In this document: positions 51,447-60,578 of the stretch, one piece after another | Numbering within the stretch: the stretch's first letter is position 1 | Layout: the number at the start of each line of letters is the position of its first letter | Origin: Thermoanaerobaculia bacterium | GTDB taxonomy: Bacteria; Acidobacteriota; Thermoanaerobaculia; Multivoradales; UBA5704 | Reading direction: 5' to 3' | Length of the DNA stretch: 64,000 bases | NCBI GenBank assembly: GCA_044226625.1 | Contig: JBGAGQ010000010.1 | Coordinates: 32,001-96,000 of the forward strand | The notes under the pieces: model-generated | Told to the model about the DNA's origin: nothing | The model's database searches: none | What the model saw: only the letters and a program-made list of their open reading frames with translations | Made by a program: the position numbers and the translations under genes

Positions 51447-53636
51447 ATGCTCGTAATGCGGCCAGGCAAGTTCTACTCCCATACCCTCCTCGGTCGCCCT
51501 CAATCGGAGTGGGAGCGACTCGAAGAGCACCTGGTTCAGGTAGCCGAGAAGGCGTCCGAGTTTGCCTCGGTATTTGGAGCCTCCGAATGGGGCCATCTTG
51601 CGGGGCTGTGGCACGACCTGGGGAAATACCGGAGATCCTTCCAGGAGTACCTCGATCGGACGGGAGCGGTCGGATTCGAGGCGACCCAAGAGCAAGCTGC
51701 GGGCCGAGTCGATCACTCGACGGCGGGGGCGCAGGTCGCCGTCGAGCGGCTCGGTCCCTTCGGGAAGGTACTCGCCTACGTGATCGCCGGGCATCACGCG
51801 GGCTTGCCGGACGGGCTCGGCGGACAGAGCTCCTTAGAAGCGAGACTTGCAAAAGCCGAGGTGATGGCCGACCTCGATCTGGCCGCGATACCGGGGGCGA
51901 TCCTGAACGCTTCATGCCCCGGGAGCCGGCCACCTTCCCGAAATGCCGAGGAAGCGCACCTTTGGGTGCGATTCCTGTTCTCCGCGCTCGTCGACGCGGA
52001 TTCCTTGGCGACCGAAGCGTTCGTCGATCCGGAAAAGTCGCGCCTCCGTTCAACTCATCCCGAACCCGGACCGCTCTTAGAGGTTCTCGAACGACATCTT
52101 TCGGCGAAGTTCGGTGAGCCACGGACGGAAGTTCAACGCATCCGTCGCGAGATTCTCAGAGCATGTATCGAAAACGCGCAGCTATCGCCGGGCGTCTTTT
52201 CGCTTACGGTTCCCACGGGGGGAGGAAAGACCCTCTCGTCGCTCGCGTTCGCTCTTCGCCACGCAAGCCTGCACGGCCAGCGGCGAGTGATCTACGCGAT
52301 TCCCTACACCAGCATCATCGAACAGACGGCCACGACCTTCCGCGAGATTTTCGGGGAGTGGGTCTTGGAGCACCATAGCAATCTGGATCCGGAGGACTCC
52401 TCGCGCGAGACCCTTCGGGGCACGTTGGCCGCAGAGAACTGGGACGCGCCGATCGTCGTCACCACCAACGTCCAGTTGTTCGAGTCCGTGTTTTCGGCGC
52501 GCAGGACCCGTTGCCGAAAGCTCCACCGCCTGGTCCGATCGGTGATCGTCCTCGACGAGGCCCAGCTCCTTCCTCCGGAGTTCCTCAAACCGATCCTTCA
52601 CGTCCTTCGCGGTCTGGTGCGCGACTACGGCGCCTCGGTAGTCATCTCGACCGCGACCCGGCCGGCGCTCGATCTCGGTGAAATTCGGGAGCTGGCATCC
52701 GATCCGGCGGATCTCGACCGACGACTCCGGCGGGTGCGCTACGAGTGGCCGAAATCGCGCGAACCGAGAACCTGGGACGAGATCGCCGACCGTCTGACGG
52801 CTCACTCGAGCGTCCTCTGCGTCGTCAACCGCCGCGACGACGCCCGGCAGTTGGTGGGCTTGTTGCCGGAGGACACGGTACATCTCTCGGCGCTGATGTG
52901 CGGAGCGCATCGCTCGGAGAAAATCGCCGAAATCAAACGGTGTTTGGCGGAACGCAGGCCTGTTCGGGTCGTCAGCACCCAGCTGGTCGAGGCCGGGGTC
53001 GATCTCGATTTTCCGGTGGTCTATCGCGCATTCGCCGGGCTGGACTCGATCGCGCAGGCCGCCGGACGCTGTAACCGCGAAGGTCGGCTGGATGGCCCTG
53101 GCCGAGTGGTTGTGTTTCACCCTCCCAAGGGCTCGCCACCCGGATTGCTCCGCAAGGCGGAGGACACCGCCGCGGAGTTGATCGGCGACCGCGCGCCGGA
53201 GTTCCTGGAGCCGGACCTGTTCACCCGCTATTTCGACCTCCTGTACCGAACCAAGGTCGACGATCTCGACAAGCACGGAATCTTGGACCTGTTGGGCAAG
53301 AACGCCCGTGCGCTCGACGTCCAGTTTCGCGAGGCGGGCGAGCGATTCCGACTGATCGAGGAATCGGGTTACCGGCCGGTCTTGGTCGCCTGGCGCGACG
53401 GCGCCGGTCTCCTCCGCGAATTTCGACGCCGAGAACCCGATCGGAGTCTGTTTCGGCGCGCACAGCGCTACGTCGTCACGTTGCCGCCGTGGCAGCTCGG
53501 AGCGCTCGAAAAGGCCGGGGCAGTTCGTGAGATCGCTCCCGGCTTCTTCGGTCAAGAACATTCGCTCCTGTACGACGAGAAGCTGGGGCTGCTTACGACC
53601 GTGCCCGAGTTTCGAGCTGAAGACCTGGTCGTATGA
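51447..53636 (+). CDS. cas3: CRISPR-associated HD nuclease/helicase Cas3
   Basis: EEHL, HDLGK, GHHAGL, LVDAD, PTGGGKT, DEAQ, STQLVEAGVD, QAAGRCNR. The start may be 51456. Confidence 0.97.
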   Translation: MLVMRPGKFYSHTLLGRPQSEWERLEEHLVQVAEKASEFASVFGASEWGHLAGLWHDLGKYRRSFQEYLDRTGAVGFEATQEQAAGRVDHSTAGAQVAVERLGPFGKVLAYVIAGHHAGLPDGLGGQSSLEARLAKAEVMADLDLAAIPGAILNASCPGSRPPSRNAEEAHLWVRFLFSALVDADSLATEAFVDPEKSRLRSTHPEPGPLLEVLERHLSAKFGEPRTEVQRIRREILRACIENAQLSPGVFSLTVPTGGGKTLSSLAFALRHASLHGQRRVIYAIPYTSIIEQTATTFREIFGEWVLEHHSNLDPEDSSRETLRGTLAAENWDAPIVVTTNVQLFESVFSARRTRCRKLHRLVRSVIVLDEAQLLPPEFLKPILHVLRGLVRDYGASVVISTATRPALDLGEIRELASDPADLDRRLRRVRYEWPKSREPRTWDEIADRLTAHSSVLCVVNRRDDARQLVGLLPEDTVHLSALMCGAHRSEKIAEIKRCLAERRPVRVVSTQLVEAGVDLDFPVVYRAFAGLDSIAQAAGRCNREGRLDGPGRVVVFHPPKGSPPGLLRKAEDTAAELIGDRAPEFLEPDLFTRYFDLLYRTKVDDLDKHGILDLLGKNARALDVQFREAGERFRLIEESGYRPVLVAWRDGAGLLREFRRREPDRSLFRRAQRYVVTLPPWQLGALEKAGAVREIAPGFFGQEHSLLYDEKLGLLTTVPEFRAEDLVV

Positions 53637-53663
53637 ACCGAGTGTCCGAACCAAGAAAGGACG

Positions 53664-54335
53664 GTGCGAATGCCTCTGCATTGTCTCGAAGTCTGGGGTG
53701 ACTTCGCCTGCTTTACCCGACCGGAGATGAAGGTGGAGCGCGTTAGCTATGACGTGATGACGCCCTCCGCCGCGCGTGCGATCTTCGAGGCGATCCTCTG
53801 GCGGCCCGCGATCCGGTGGCGCATCCATCGCATCGACGTGCTGCAGCCGATCCGCTGGCTTTCGTTTCGCCGCAACGAAGTCGGCGCCGTCGTGCCCGTC
53901 GGGAGCGTCAAGAGCGCGATGAAATCAGGGACCGGGTGCCTGGCCCTGAACGTCGAGGACGAACGACAGCAACGGGCTGGTCTCCTGCTGCGCGACGTGC
54001 GGTACCGGATCTCCGCCTCGTTCTCCATGACCGGCAAGGCGGGGCCTGCGGAGACTGAAGGGAAGTTCGCCGAGATGTTTCGGCGCCGGGCTCGGAAGGG
54101 GCAGACCTTCAACCAGCCCTACCTAGGGTGCCGCGAGTTCGCCTGCGGTTTTCGTTACGTCGAGGATCCGACCCGTGAACGCCCGCCCATTGAGGAGAGC
54201 CGACACCTCGGTTTGATGCTCTACGACCTCGATTTCTCCGACCCCGCCGAACCCAATCCCGCGTTCTTCGACGCCCGTTTGGGGCGCGGGACTCTGGAAG
54301 TCCCCGACTGGGAAAGCGCCGAGGTGCTGAGGTGA
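53664..54335 (+). CDS. cas5: Type I-C Cas5 (Cas5d)
   Basis: GDFACFTRPEMKVERVSYDVMTPSAAR, RRNEV, QPYLGCREF. Confidence 0.97.
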   Translation: MRMPLHCLEVWGDFACFTRPEMKVERVSYDVMTPSAARAIFEAILWRPAIRWRIHRIDVLQPIRWLSFRRNEVGAVVPVGSVKSAMKSGTGCLALNVEDERQQRAGLLLRDVRYRISASFSMTGKAGPAETEGKFAEMFRRRARKGQTFNQPYLGCREFACGFRYVEDPTRERPPIEESRHLGLMLYDLDFSDPAEPNPAFFDARLGRGTLEVPDWESAEVLR

Positions 54336-56029
54336 TCCTGCAGGCGCTCTGCGACTATTACAGGCGGAAATCGTCGGACGACGAGGCCGAGGTTGCCCCA
54401 CCAGGTTTTGAGCACAAGGAAATCCCCTTCGTTCTCGTGCTCGACCGAGAGGGGCGCCTGGTGCAAATCGACGACCTCCGGTCGCCCGACGGCAAAAGGG
54501 CCAAGAGACAACTGGTCCCCCAGGCGGTCAAACGCACGGTTGGCGTGTCGGCGAATCTCCTGTGGGACAGCCTCGAATACGCCCTCGGTTACGACTCGCG
54601 GGGCCGGGCGGAGAGGGTGGCCCGGCAGCACGCCGATTTCCGGCAACGAATCGATCGGCTTCCCGGCGATGACGAGGCGCTTGCCGCGGTCAAGATTTTC
54701 CTGGCGGGCGACCCTCTGGAAGAGACTCGGCGTGCGTCCCTGTGGCCCGAGCTCGCCGAGGGGAACCCCCTGGTGACCTTTCGACTCGCCGACGATCCCG
54801 AGCTCGTGTCGCAGCGGTCCGCCGTTCGAGGGCTGCTCACCGGCGGTGAGCCCCGCGAGGTCGAGGCCCGTTGCTCGATCACCGGTCGGCTCGACGCGAT
54901 TTCGCGGCTTCATCCTTCGATCAAGGGTGTTCGAGACGCCCAACCGACCGGCGCGAGCCTGGTTTCCTACAACGAGCCCGCTTTCCGTTCCTTCAACAAG
55001 GACCAGGGCGCGAACGCTCCCGTGGGTGAGGAGGCCGTGTTCGCTTACACGACCGCCTTGAATCACCTCTTGCGGCCGGGCTCGTCCCAACGAATCCAGC
55101 TGGGCGACGCGACGACCGTTTTCTGGTCCGAGAAGGCGAGCGGCGGCCTCGTCGAGCGGGCCTTCACGTCCTGGTTCGACCCCCCGCGTGACGATCCGGA
55201 CGCCAACGTCGAGAGCGTTCGCGCTCTCTACGAGTTTCAGCGCGGGCGACCCTTGACCGACGATGATCAGCAGCGCTTTTTCGTGCTTGGCTTGGCGCCG
55301 AACGCCGCGCGCCTGGCCGTTCGCTTTTGGCAGGTAGCGACCATTGCCGACTTGGGGCAGCGGATCTTCGAACATTTTTCCGCGCTCGAGATCGTCCTGC
55401 CTCCCAAGAGCCCTCGGTATCCCTCTCTTCCGCAACTACTCGCTTCGATCGCGGTCCAGGGCAAGCTCAAGAACGTTCCTCCTGGGCTTGCGGGCGATTG
55501 GCTCCGCTCGATCCTGTCCGGCTCGCCGTACCCGCACACTTTGCTCGAAGCGGCGATCCGCCGTTGCCGTGCCGAACAGGCCGTGACCCCCTCCCGCGCC
55601 GCGCTGATCAAGGCATCACTCATTCGATCGTCCCACCAACGAAAGGAGAATCTCGCCGTGTCGCTCGACCTGAGCAATGTGAATCCCGGGTACCGGCTCG
55701 GGCGGTTGTTCGCCGTGTTCGAAAAGCTCCAGGAGGACGCTCAGCCAGGAATCAACGCGACGATCCGCGACCGCTACTTTGCCTCGGCTTCCAGCAATCC
55801 GCTGGTTGCGTTTTCGACCCTCAATCGATTGAAGAACCACCACCTGGCGAAACTCTCGAATCGGGGTCTCGCGGTCGTCCGCGAAAAACTGATCGGCGAG
55901 ATCATGTCCGGAATCGATGCCAAGGATCCCTTTCCCGCGCGGTTGTCGCTCGCGGACCAGGGCCGCTTCGCCGTCGGCTACTACCACCAACGCCAAGCAT
56001 TTTTCGAGAAGCAAGGAGGCAACGACTAA
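54332..56029 (+). CDS. cas8c: Type I-C Cas8c (Csd1)
   Basis: [40 protein letters not shown]. Confidence 0.96.
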   Translation: MILQALCDYYRRKSSDDEAEVAPPGFEHKEIPFVLVLDREGRLVQIDDLRSPDGKRAKRQLVPQAVKRTVGVSANLLWDSLEYALGYDSRGRAERVARQHADFRQRIDRLPGDDEALAAVKIFLAGDPLEETRRASLWPELAEGNPLVTFRLADDPELVSQRSAVRGLLTGGEPREVEARCSITGRLDAISRLHPSIKGVRDAQPTGASLVSYNEPAFRSFNKDQGANAPVGEEAVFAYTTALNHLLRPGSSQRIQLGDATTVFWSEKASGGLVERAFTSWFDPPRDDPDANVESVRALYEFQRGRPLTDDDQQRFFVLGLAPNAARLAVRFWQVATIADLGQRIFEHFSALEIVLPPKSPRYPSLPQLLASIAVQGKLKNVPPGLAGDWLRSILSGSPYPHTLLEAAIRRCRAEQAVTPSRAALIKASLIRSSHQRKENLAVSLDLSNVNPGYRLGRLFAVFEKLQEDAQPGINATIRDRYFASASSNPLVAFSTLNRLKNHHLAKLSNRGLAVVREKLIGEIMSGIDAKDPFPARLSLADQGRFAVGYYHQRQAFFEKQGGND

Positions 56030-56916
56030 TGGCCCTCGAACACCGTTATGACTTCGTTCTACTTTTCGACGTTCAAGACGGCAACCCCAACGGCGACCCG
56101 GATGCCGGAAACCTTCCGCGGATCGATCCCGAGACCGGCGAGGGTTTGGTGACCGATGTCTGCCTGAAGCGCAAGGTGCGCAACTTCGTCGGCTTGGTCA
56201 AGGGCGAGCAGCCTCCGTTCGAGATCTACGTCAAGGAGAAGGCGGTTCTCAACCAACAGCACGAACGGGCCTACGTGGCGATCGGGAAACAAGACCTCCT
56301 CAAGAAGGCCGACGAGAAGGACAAGAAGAGAAAGGGCGGCGACGCCGTGGACGAGGCTCGCGCCTGGATGTGCAAGAACTTTTACGACGTACGCACCTTC
56401 GGGGCGGTCATGTCCACCGGTACCAATTGCGGCCAAGTCCGCGGCCCGATCCAGATCACTTTCGGCCGTTCGGTCGCGCCGGTCGTGTCGCTCGAGCACT
56501 CGATTACCCGGATGGCGGTCACCACCGAGAAGGAAGCCGAAGAACAGGCGGGTGACAACCGGACCATGGGCCGTAAGTTCACCGTTCCTTACGGTCTCTA
56601 CCGTACTCACGGTTTCGTCTCGGCGCACCTGGCCGACCAGACGGGATTTTCGCCCGAGGATCTCGACCTTTTCTGGCAAGCGTTGACCCAGATGTTCGAG
56701 CACGATCGGTCGGCCGCTCGCGGTCAGATGGCGACCCGCAGGCTCTATGTGTTCGAGCACGCTTCGAAGCTCGGCAACGCGCCCGCCCACGCCCTGTTCG
56801 ACCGCGTCTCGGTCGGATTGAGAGAGTCGGGGCGGCCGGCTCGGAGCTTCGAGGATTTCGAGGTCCGGATCGATCGCGAAGGACTGCCGGAGGGAGTGAC
56901 GCTGCGCGAGATGTAA
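56029..56916 (+). CDS. cas7: Type I-C Cas7 (Csd2)
   Basis: ATG at 56029 overlaps the cas8c stop. [44 protein letters not shown]. Confidence 0.97.
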   Translation: MALEHRYDFVLLFDVQDGNPNGDPDAGNLPRIDPETGEGLVTDVCLKRKVRNFVGLVKGEQPPFEIYVKEKAVLNQQHERAYVAIGKQDLLKKADEKDKKRKGGDAVDEARAWMCKNFYDVRTFGAVMSTGTNCGQVRGPIQITFGRSVAPVVSLEHSITRMAVTTEKEAEEQAGDNRTMGRKFTVPYGLYRTHGFVSAHLADQTGFSPEDLDLFWQALTQMFEHDRSAARGQMATRRLYVFEHASKLGNAPAHALFDRVSVGLRESGRPARSFEDFEVRIDREGLPEGVTLREM

Positions 56917-56921
56917 CCGCC

Positions 56922-57651
56922 ATGTTCTCCGAAGACGACCTCCTCCCGCTCTCCGCCCTGGCAGCACTACGTGTTCTGCCCGCGGCAAAGCGCGTTGATC
57001 CACGTCGAAGGGATCTGGCGGGACAACGTGCTCACGGTGACCGGGACGCAGCTGCATGAGCGGCTGGACGAGGCCGGAGGCGAGGCGCGGGGCGATCTCC
57101 TGGTCGCCCGCGCGCTGCCGCTTCGGAGTCTGCGGCACGGTCTCGCCGGCCGGGCGGACGCGGTGGAGCTGCATCGGCTGCCCGAGGGGGAGAGCGGAGG
57201 CGTGGCGCTTCCCGGCCGGACCGGCCGGTGGCGGCCGTTTCCGGTCGAAACCAAGCGCGGTAAACCCAAATCGCACGACGCCGACCGGGTCCAGCTCTGC
57301 GGTCAGGCGCTCTGTCTCGAAGAGATGCTCGGCACGGACGTTCCCGCGGGGGCGCTGTTCTACGGCATGCCGCGGCGTCGGGAGGAGGTCGCGTTCGACC
57401 CCCGTTTGCGCGAGGCGACCCTGACCGCGGCGCGCGCCGCACGCGAAATGATCGCTTCGGGAACGACGCCCCGGGCGGTGCGGGAGCCGAAATGCGATCG
57501 CTGCTCCCTCCTCGACCGCTGCCTTCCCAACCTCCTCGGCCGCTCTGCGAGCGGCTTTCTGGAAACCGCTCTCCGAGCGGAAAGTCAAGAAGCCGCGCTT
57601 CGAGCCGAGGGCATCGCCGCCGCGGTACCGCGGGAAGGGGAGGGTCCATGA
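56922..57651 (+). CDS. cas4: Cas4 (apparent +1 frameshift near 56960)
   Basis: MFSEDDLLPLSAL | QHYVFCPRQ..ETKRG..QLCGQALCLEEM..KCDRCSLLDRC. An extra G in GCCCTGGCAGCAC breaks the frame. Confidence 0.92.
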
Positions 57652-58752
57652 AACGCCTCGGCAACACGCTCTACGTCACCACGCCGGGCGCCTATCTGAG
57701 CAAGGACGGTGAGGCGGTCGCCGTGCGAGTCGAGGAGGAGGTACGGCTGCGGATCCCGATCCACCTGCTCGACGGCGTCGTCTGCCTGGGCGCGACCGGC
57801 GCGAGCCCGTATCTCCTCGGCTTCTGCGGCGAGCGGGGGGTGGCGGTGTCGTTCTTGACCGAGCAGGGGCGGTTCCTCGCGCGGGTCGAAGGGCCGGTTT
57901 CGGGCAATGTCCTCCTGCGTCGGGCGCAGTACCGCGCGGCCGACGAGCCGGGGCCGGCGTGCGGCATCGTGCGCGGGATCGTCGCGGCGAAGATCGCCAA
58001 TTCGCGCGCGGTGCTCCGCCGGGCGCTGCGCGACCGACCCGAGGCCGCTGGGAGCGAGGCGCTCGAATCGGCGGTTGTACGGATCGGAGCGCTGATTCCC
58101 GCTCTTGTCGGAGCGCCCTCGATCGACGTCCTGCGCGGTCTCGAGGGCCAGGCGGCGCGGATCTACTTCGAAGTCTTCGACGCCCTGATCGTTCAACAGC
58201 GCGAGGCCTTCGCCTTTCGCGGTCGAAGTCGCCGGCCGCCGCTGGATCCAATCAACGCCCTCCTCTCGTTCCTCTACGCCCTGCTCCGCCACGACACCGA
58301 GGCCGCGCTCGAAGGGGTGGGGCTCGATCCGGCGGTCGGCTTCCTCCATCGCGACCGCCCAAGCGGCCTCGGCGATCTGCAATCCGATTCCGCTCGATCC
58401 GGCGGTCGGCTTCCTCCATCGCGACCGCCCCGGCCGCCCTGGGCTCGCGCTCGATCTGATGGAGGAGCTGCGCGCCTTCCTCTGCGACCGGCTCGCTCTT
58501 TCCCTGATCAACCTGCGTCAGGTTCGGCCGGAGGGGTTCACCGTTCGCGAGACGGGCGGCGTCGAGATGGACGAGGCGACGCGCAAGGAGGTCCTCGTCG
58601 CCTACCAGAAGCGCAAGCAGGAAGAGCTGCTCCACCCGTTCCTGCGCGAAAAGGCGCCGGCCGGCCTGCTGCCGCACCTTCAGGCCGCTCTCCTTTCCCG
58701 CCATCTGCGCGGCGACCTCGACGCCTACCCGCCGTTTTTCTGGAAAGGCTGA
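57648..58752 (+). CDS. cas1: Type I-C Cas1, interrupted by a 70-bp insertion
   Basis: NTLYVTT, SGNVLLRRAQY, GLEGQAARIYF, RRPPLDPINALLS, GFLHRDRP | ALDLMEELR..YPPFFWK. Confidence 0.93.
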
Positions 58753-58764
58753 GAAGGGGGCGCC

Positions 58765-59055
58765 GTGCTCGTCCTGATCAGCTACGACGTCGCGACGACC
58801 ACCCGCGAGGGGAGGCGCCGGTTGCGTCGGGTCGCCAAGACCTGTCTCGACTTCGGCCAGCGGGTGCAGAAATCCGTCTTCGAGTGCCTGGTCGACCCGA
58901 CCCAGTGGGCGATCTTTCGCAACCGTCTGCTCGCCGAGATCGAGCCCGGTGAGGACAGCCTGCGGATCTACTTTCTCGGCAAGAACTGGCGCGGTCACGT
59001 CGAGCACCACGGCGCGAAGCCCAGCCTCGACCCGGAAGGGCCGCTCGTCGCCTGA
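58765..59055 (+). CDS. cas2: Cas2
   Basis: VLISYDV, RRLRRVAK, GQRVQKSVFEC, DSLRIY. Confidence 0.97.
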   Translation: MLVLISYDVATTTREGRRRLRRVAKTCLDFGQRVQKSVFECLVDPTQWAIFRNRLLAEIEPGEDSLRIYFLGKNWRGHVEHHGAKPSLDPEGPLVA

Positions 59056-59089
59056 AGTGCAGGGCCGCCAACGGCCGGAAAGCTCGTCG

Positions 59090-59520
59090 GTTGTGCGTTG
59101 TTCTCCTGGCGATGTGCGAGATCGTGTAGCCAGACCCCATTCGGAGGCGTCTGGAGGAGCTCCGCGACTCCGCTCTGTGCGGAGCTGGGAGAGATTGGCA
59201 CAGAGCCGAGAGAGAAAAGGACATTCCGCGGATCGTCTTGTGCGGTACTTGGTCTGGTCTGTGCGAGTTCCTGGGTGAAATCCGCTTTTTCAGACCACCC
59301 CGTCCGTAATCCCTTGGAGAGATCCGCTTTCCGCTCACGGCGCTGCACAAAGTTGCGTCGACTTTGTGCGGGGTCACGGCCGTGAGGAGTTCTCGCGCTC
59401 AAGAATGGCGAATTTTGAAACGCCACCGCACAGACATCTCTCGGATTCGCACAGAGCTTCCTCTCCGCTCGGCCTTGGGTGATAGGATCTGCACAAAGGC
59501 AGACCTCCTTTGCACAATTC
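59090..59520. repeat. Degenerate 21-bp-periodic array (TGTGC/YGCAC motif)
   Basis: TGTGC at 59092, 59113, 59176, 59239, 59260, 59365. TCCGC at 59281, 59323. YGCAC at 59344, 59427, 59448, 59490, 59511. Spacings are multiples of 21 with one 1-bp slip. Confidence 0.7.
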
Positions 59521-59541
59521 GCGGTCGGAAAAGAGGTTCCG

Positions 59542-59742
59542 ATGGCCACCAATGTCGAGCTGGACGAAGAGTTGGTCGATCGCGCCCTCCGGGCGACGGG
59601 CATTCGCACCAAGCGAGACCTGATTCACGCGGGTCTTCGCACGTTGGTGCGGCTGCATGAGCAGCGCGAGGTCCGCGACCTCCGCGGCCGGCTTCGCTGG
59701 GAGGAGAGCGAGGGCGTTCCGAGCGAAAAAGAGAACGGCTGA
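59542..59742 (+). CDS. vapB: VapB-family antitoxin
   Basis: MATNVELDEELVDRAL..TKRDLIHAGLRTLV (RHH-like), TGATG coupling to the PIN gene. Confidence 0.88.
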   Translation: MATNVELDEELVDRALRATGIRTKRDLIHAGLRTLVRLHEQREVRDLRGRLRWEESEGVPSEKENG

Positions 59743-60146
59743 TGCGGGTCCTGGTCGATTCTTCGGTCTGGATCGCCTACTTCCGCGGTGACATGACGCC
59801 ACGGACGGACCTTCTACACGAGTTGATCGGCTACGCCCCGCTGATCACCGCCGACCTGGTGCTCGCCGAGCTGCTTCGTGGTTTCCCCTCCGATGCCGAG
59901 CTGGAGCAGGTCCGCGCCGCGCTCGCGCTCTTTCCCCGCTACGAGATCGGCGGTGACGCTCTCGCCCTTGCGAGCGCTGGCCTTTCCCGGGTCCTCGCCG
60001 CCAAGCGAGCCAAGGTACCGCCGCTCGCCCAACGTCTGATCGCCACCTGGTGCATCCAGAAGAATGTGGCCCTCCTGCACGCCGATCCGAGCTACGAACC
60101 GTTCGAGCGCCACCTTGGCTTGAAGGTTCCCGACCCGGGGCTTTGA
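59742..60146 (+). CDS. vapC: VapC PIN-domain toxin (degenerate active site)
   Basis: VLVDSSVWI, LAELLRG, RLIA, LLHAD. The conserved third Asp appears as Gln. Confidence 0.85.
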   Translation: MRVLVDSSVWIAYFRGDMTPRTDLLHELIGYAPLITADLVLAELLRGFPSDAELEQVRAALALFPRYEIGGDALALASAGLSRVLAAKRAKVPPLAQRLIATWCIQKNVALLHADPSYEPFERHLGLKVPDPGL

Positions 60147-60161
60147 CTCTAGCTCGGGGGT

Positions 60162-60260
60162 GTCCGAGAAAACGATAGTTTTTTGCGGATGGCGGCGATT
60201 TCGTCCCGGACGCCTCGCCCGACGAAAGAAAGTCTCCAGAAATCTATCGTTTTCTCTGAC
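60162..60260. repeat. 17-bp terminal inverted repeats flanking a ~65-bp core (MITE-like or hairpin)
   Basis: GTCCGAGAAAACGATAG (60162-78) and CTATCGTTTTCTCTGAC (60244-60), 1 mismatch. Confidence 0.65.
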
Positions 60261-60398
60261 CTCTCTGGTGTAGGGTGTCGGCGGGGCGGCTCGCTTGCTC
60301 CGTCCTCCCGATCCGCCGCCCGGCCGACCGGGCCTCGCGGCCCATCCAGAACCGAAGAACCCGCATCGCATCCTTTCAACCCCGGAGGATGAGCTCGT

Positions 60399-60578
60399 GC
60401 GCGAACCGGAAGCGAACATCCGCCTCCCCGAGAGGTTCGCGCGGCCTATAAGTACTTTGGCGGCAGTGCCTTCCGTCGCGGAAGCTCCTCGCCGACGGTG
60501 GAATCCCTCGGCGACACACCCTGTTTCGCGCAAACCGGGTTCTAAACAATTGAAGGCAGGGGCGTTAAACTAGCCGCC
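60399..60578 (+). promoter_or_regulatory. CRISPR leader
   Basis: GCGCGAACC..GGTTCGCGC inverted motif typical of I-C leaders, with an AT-richer stretch just before repeat 1. Confidence 0.75.

Noticed and set aside
56955-56970. Programmed frameshift or true inactivation of cas4
   Set aside because: A single extra G with no slippery site, in a window full of indel errors. Most likely a sequencing error.
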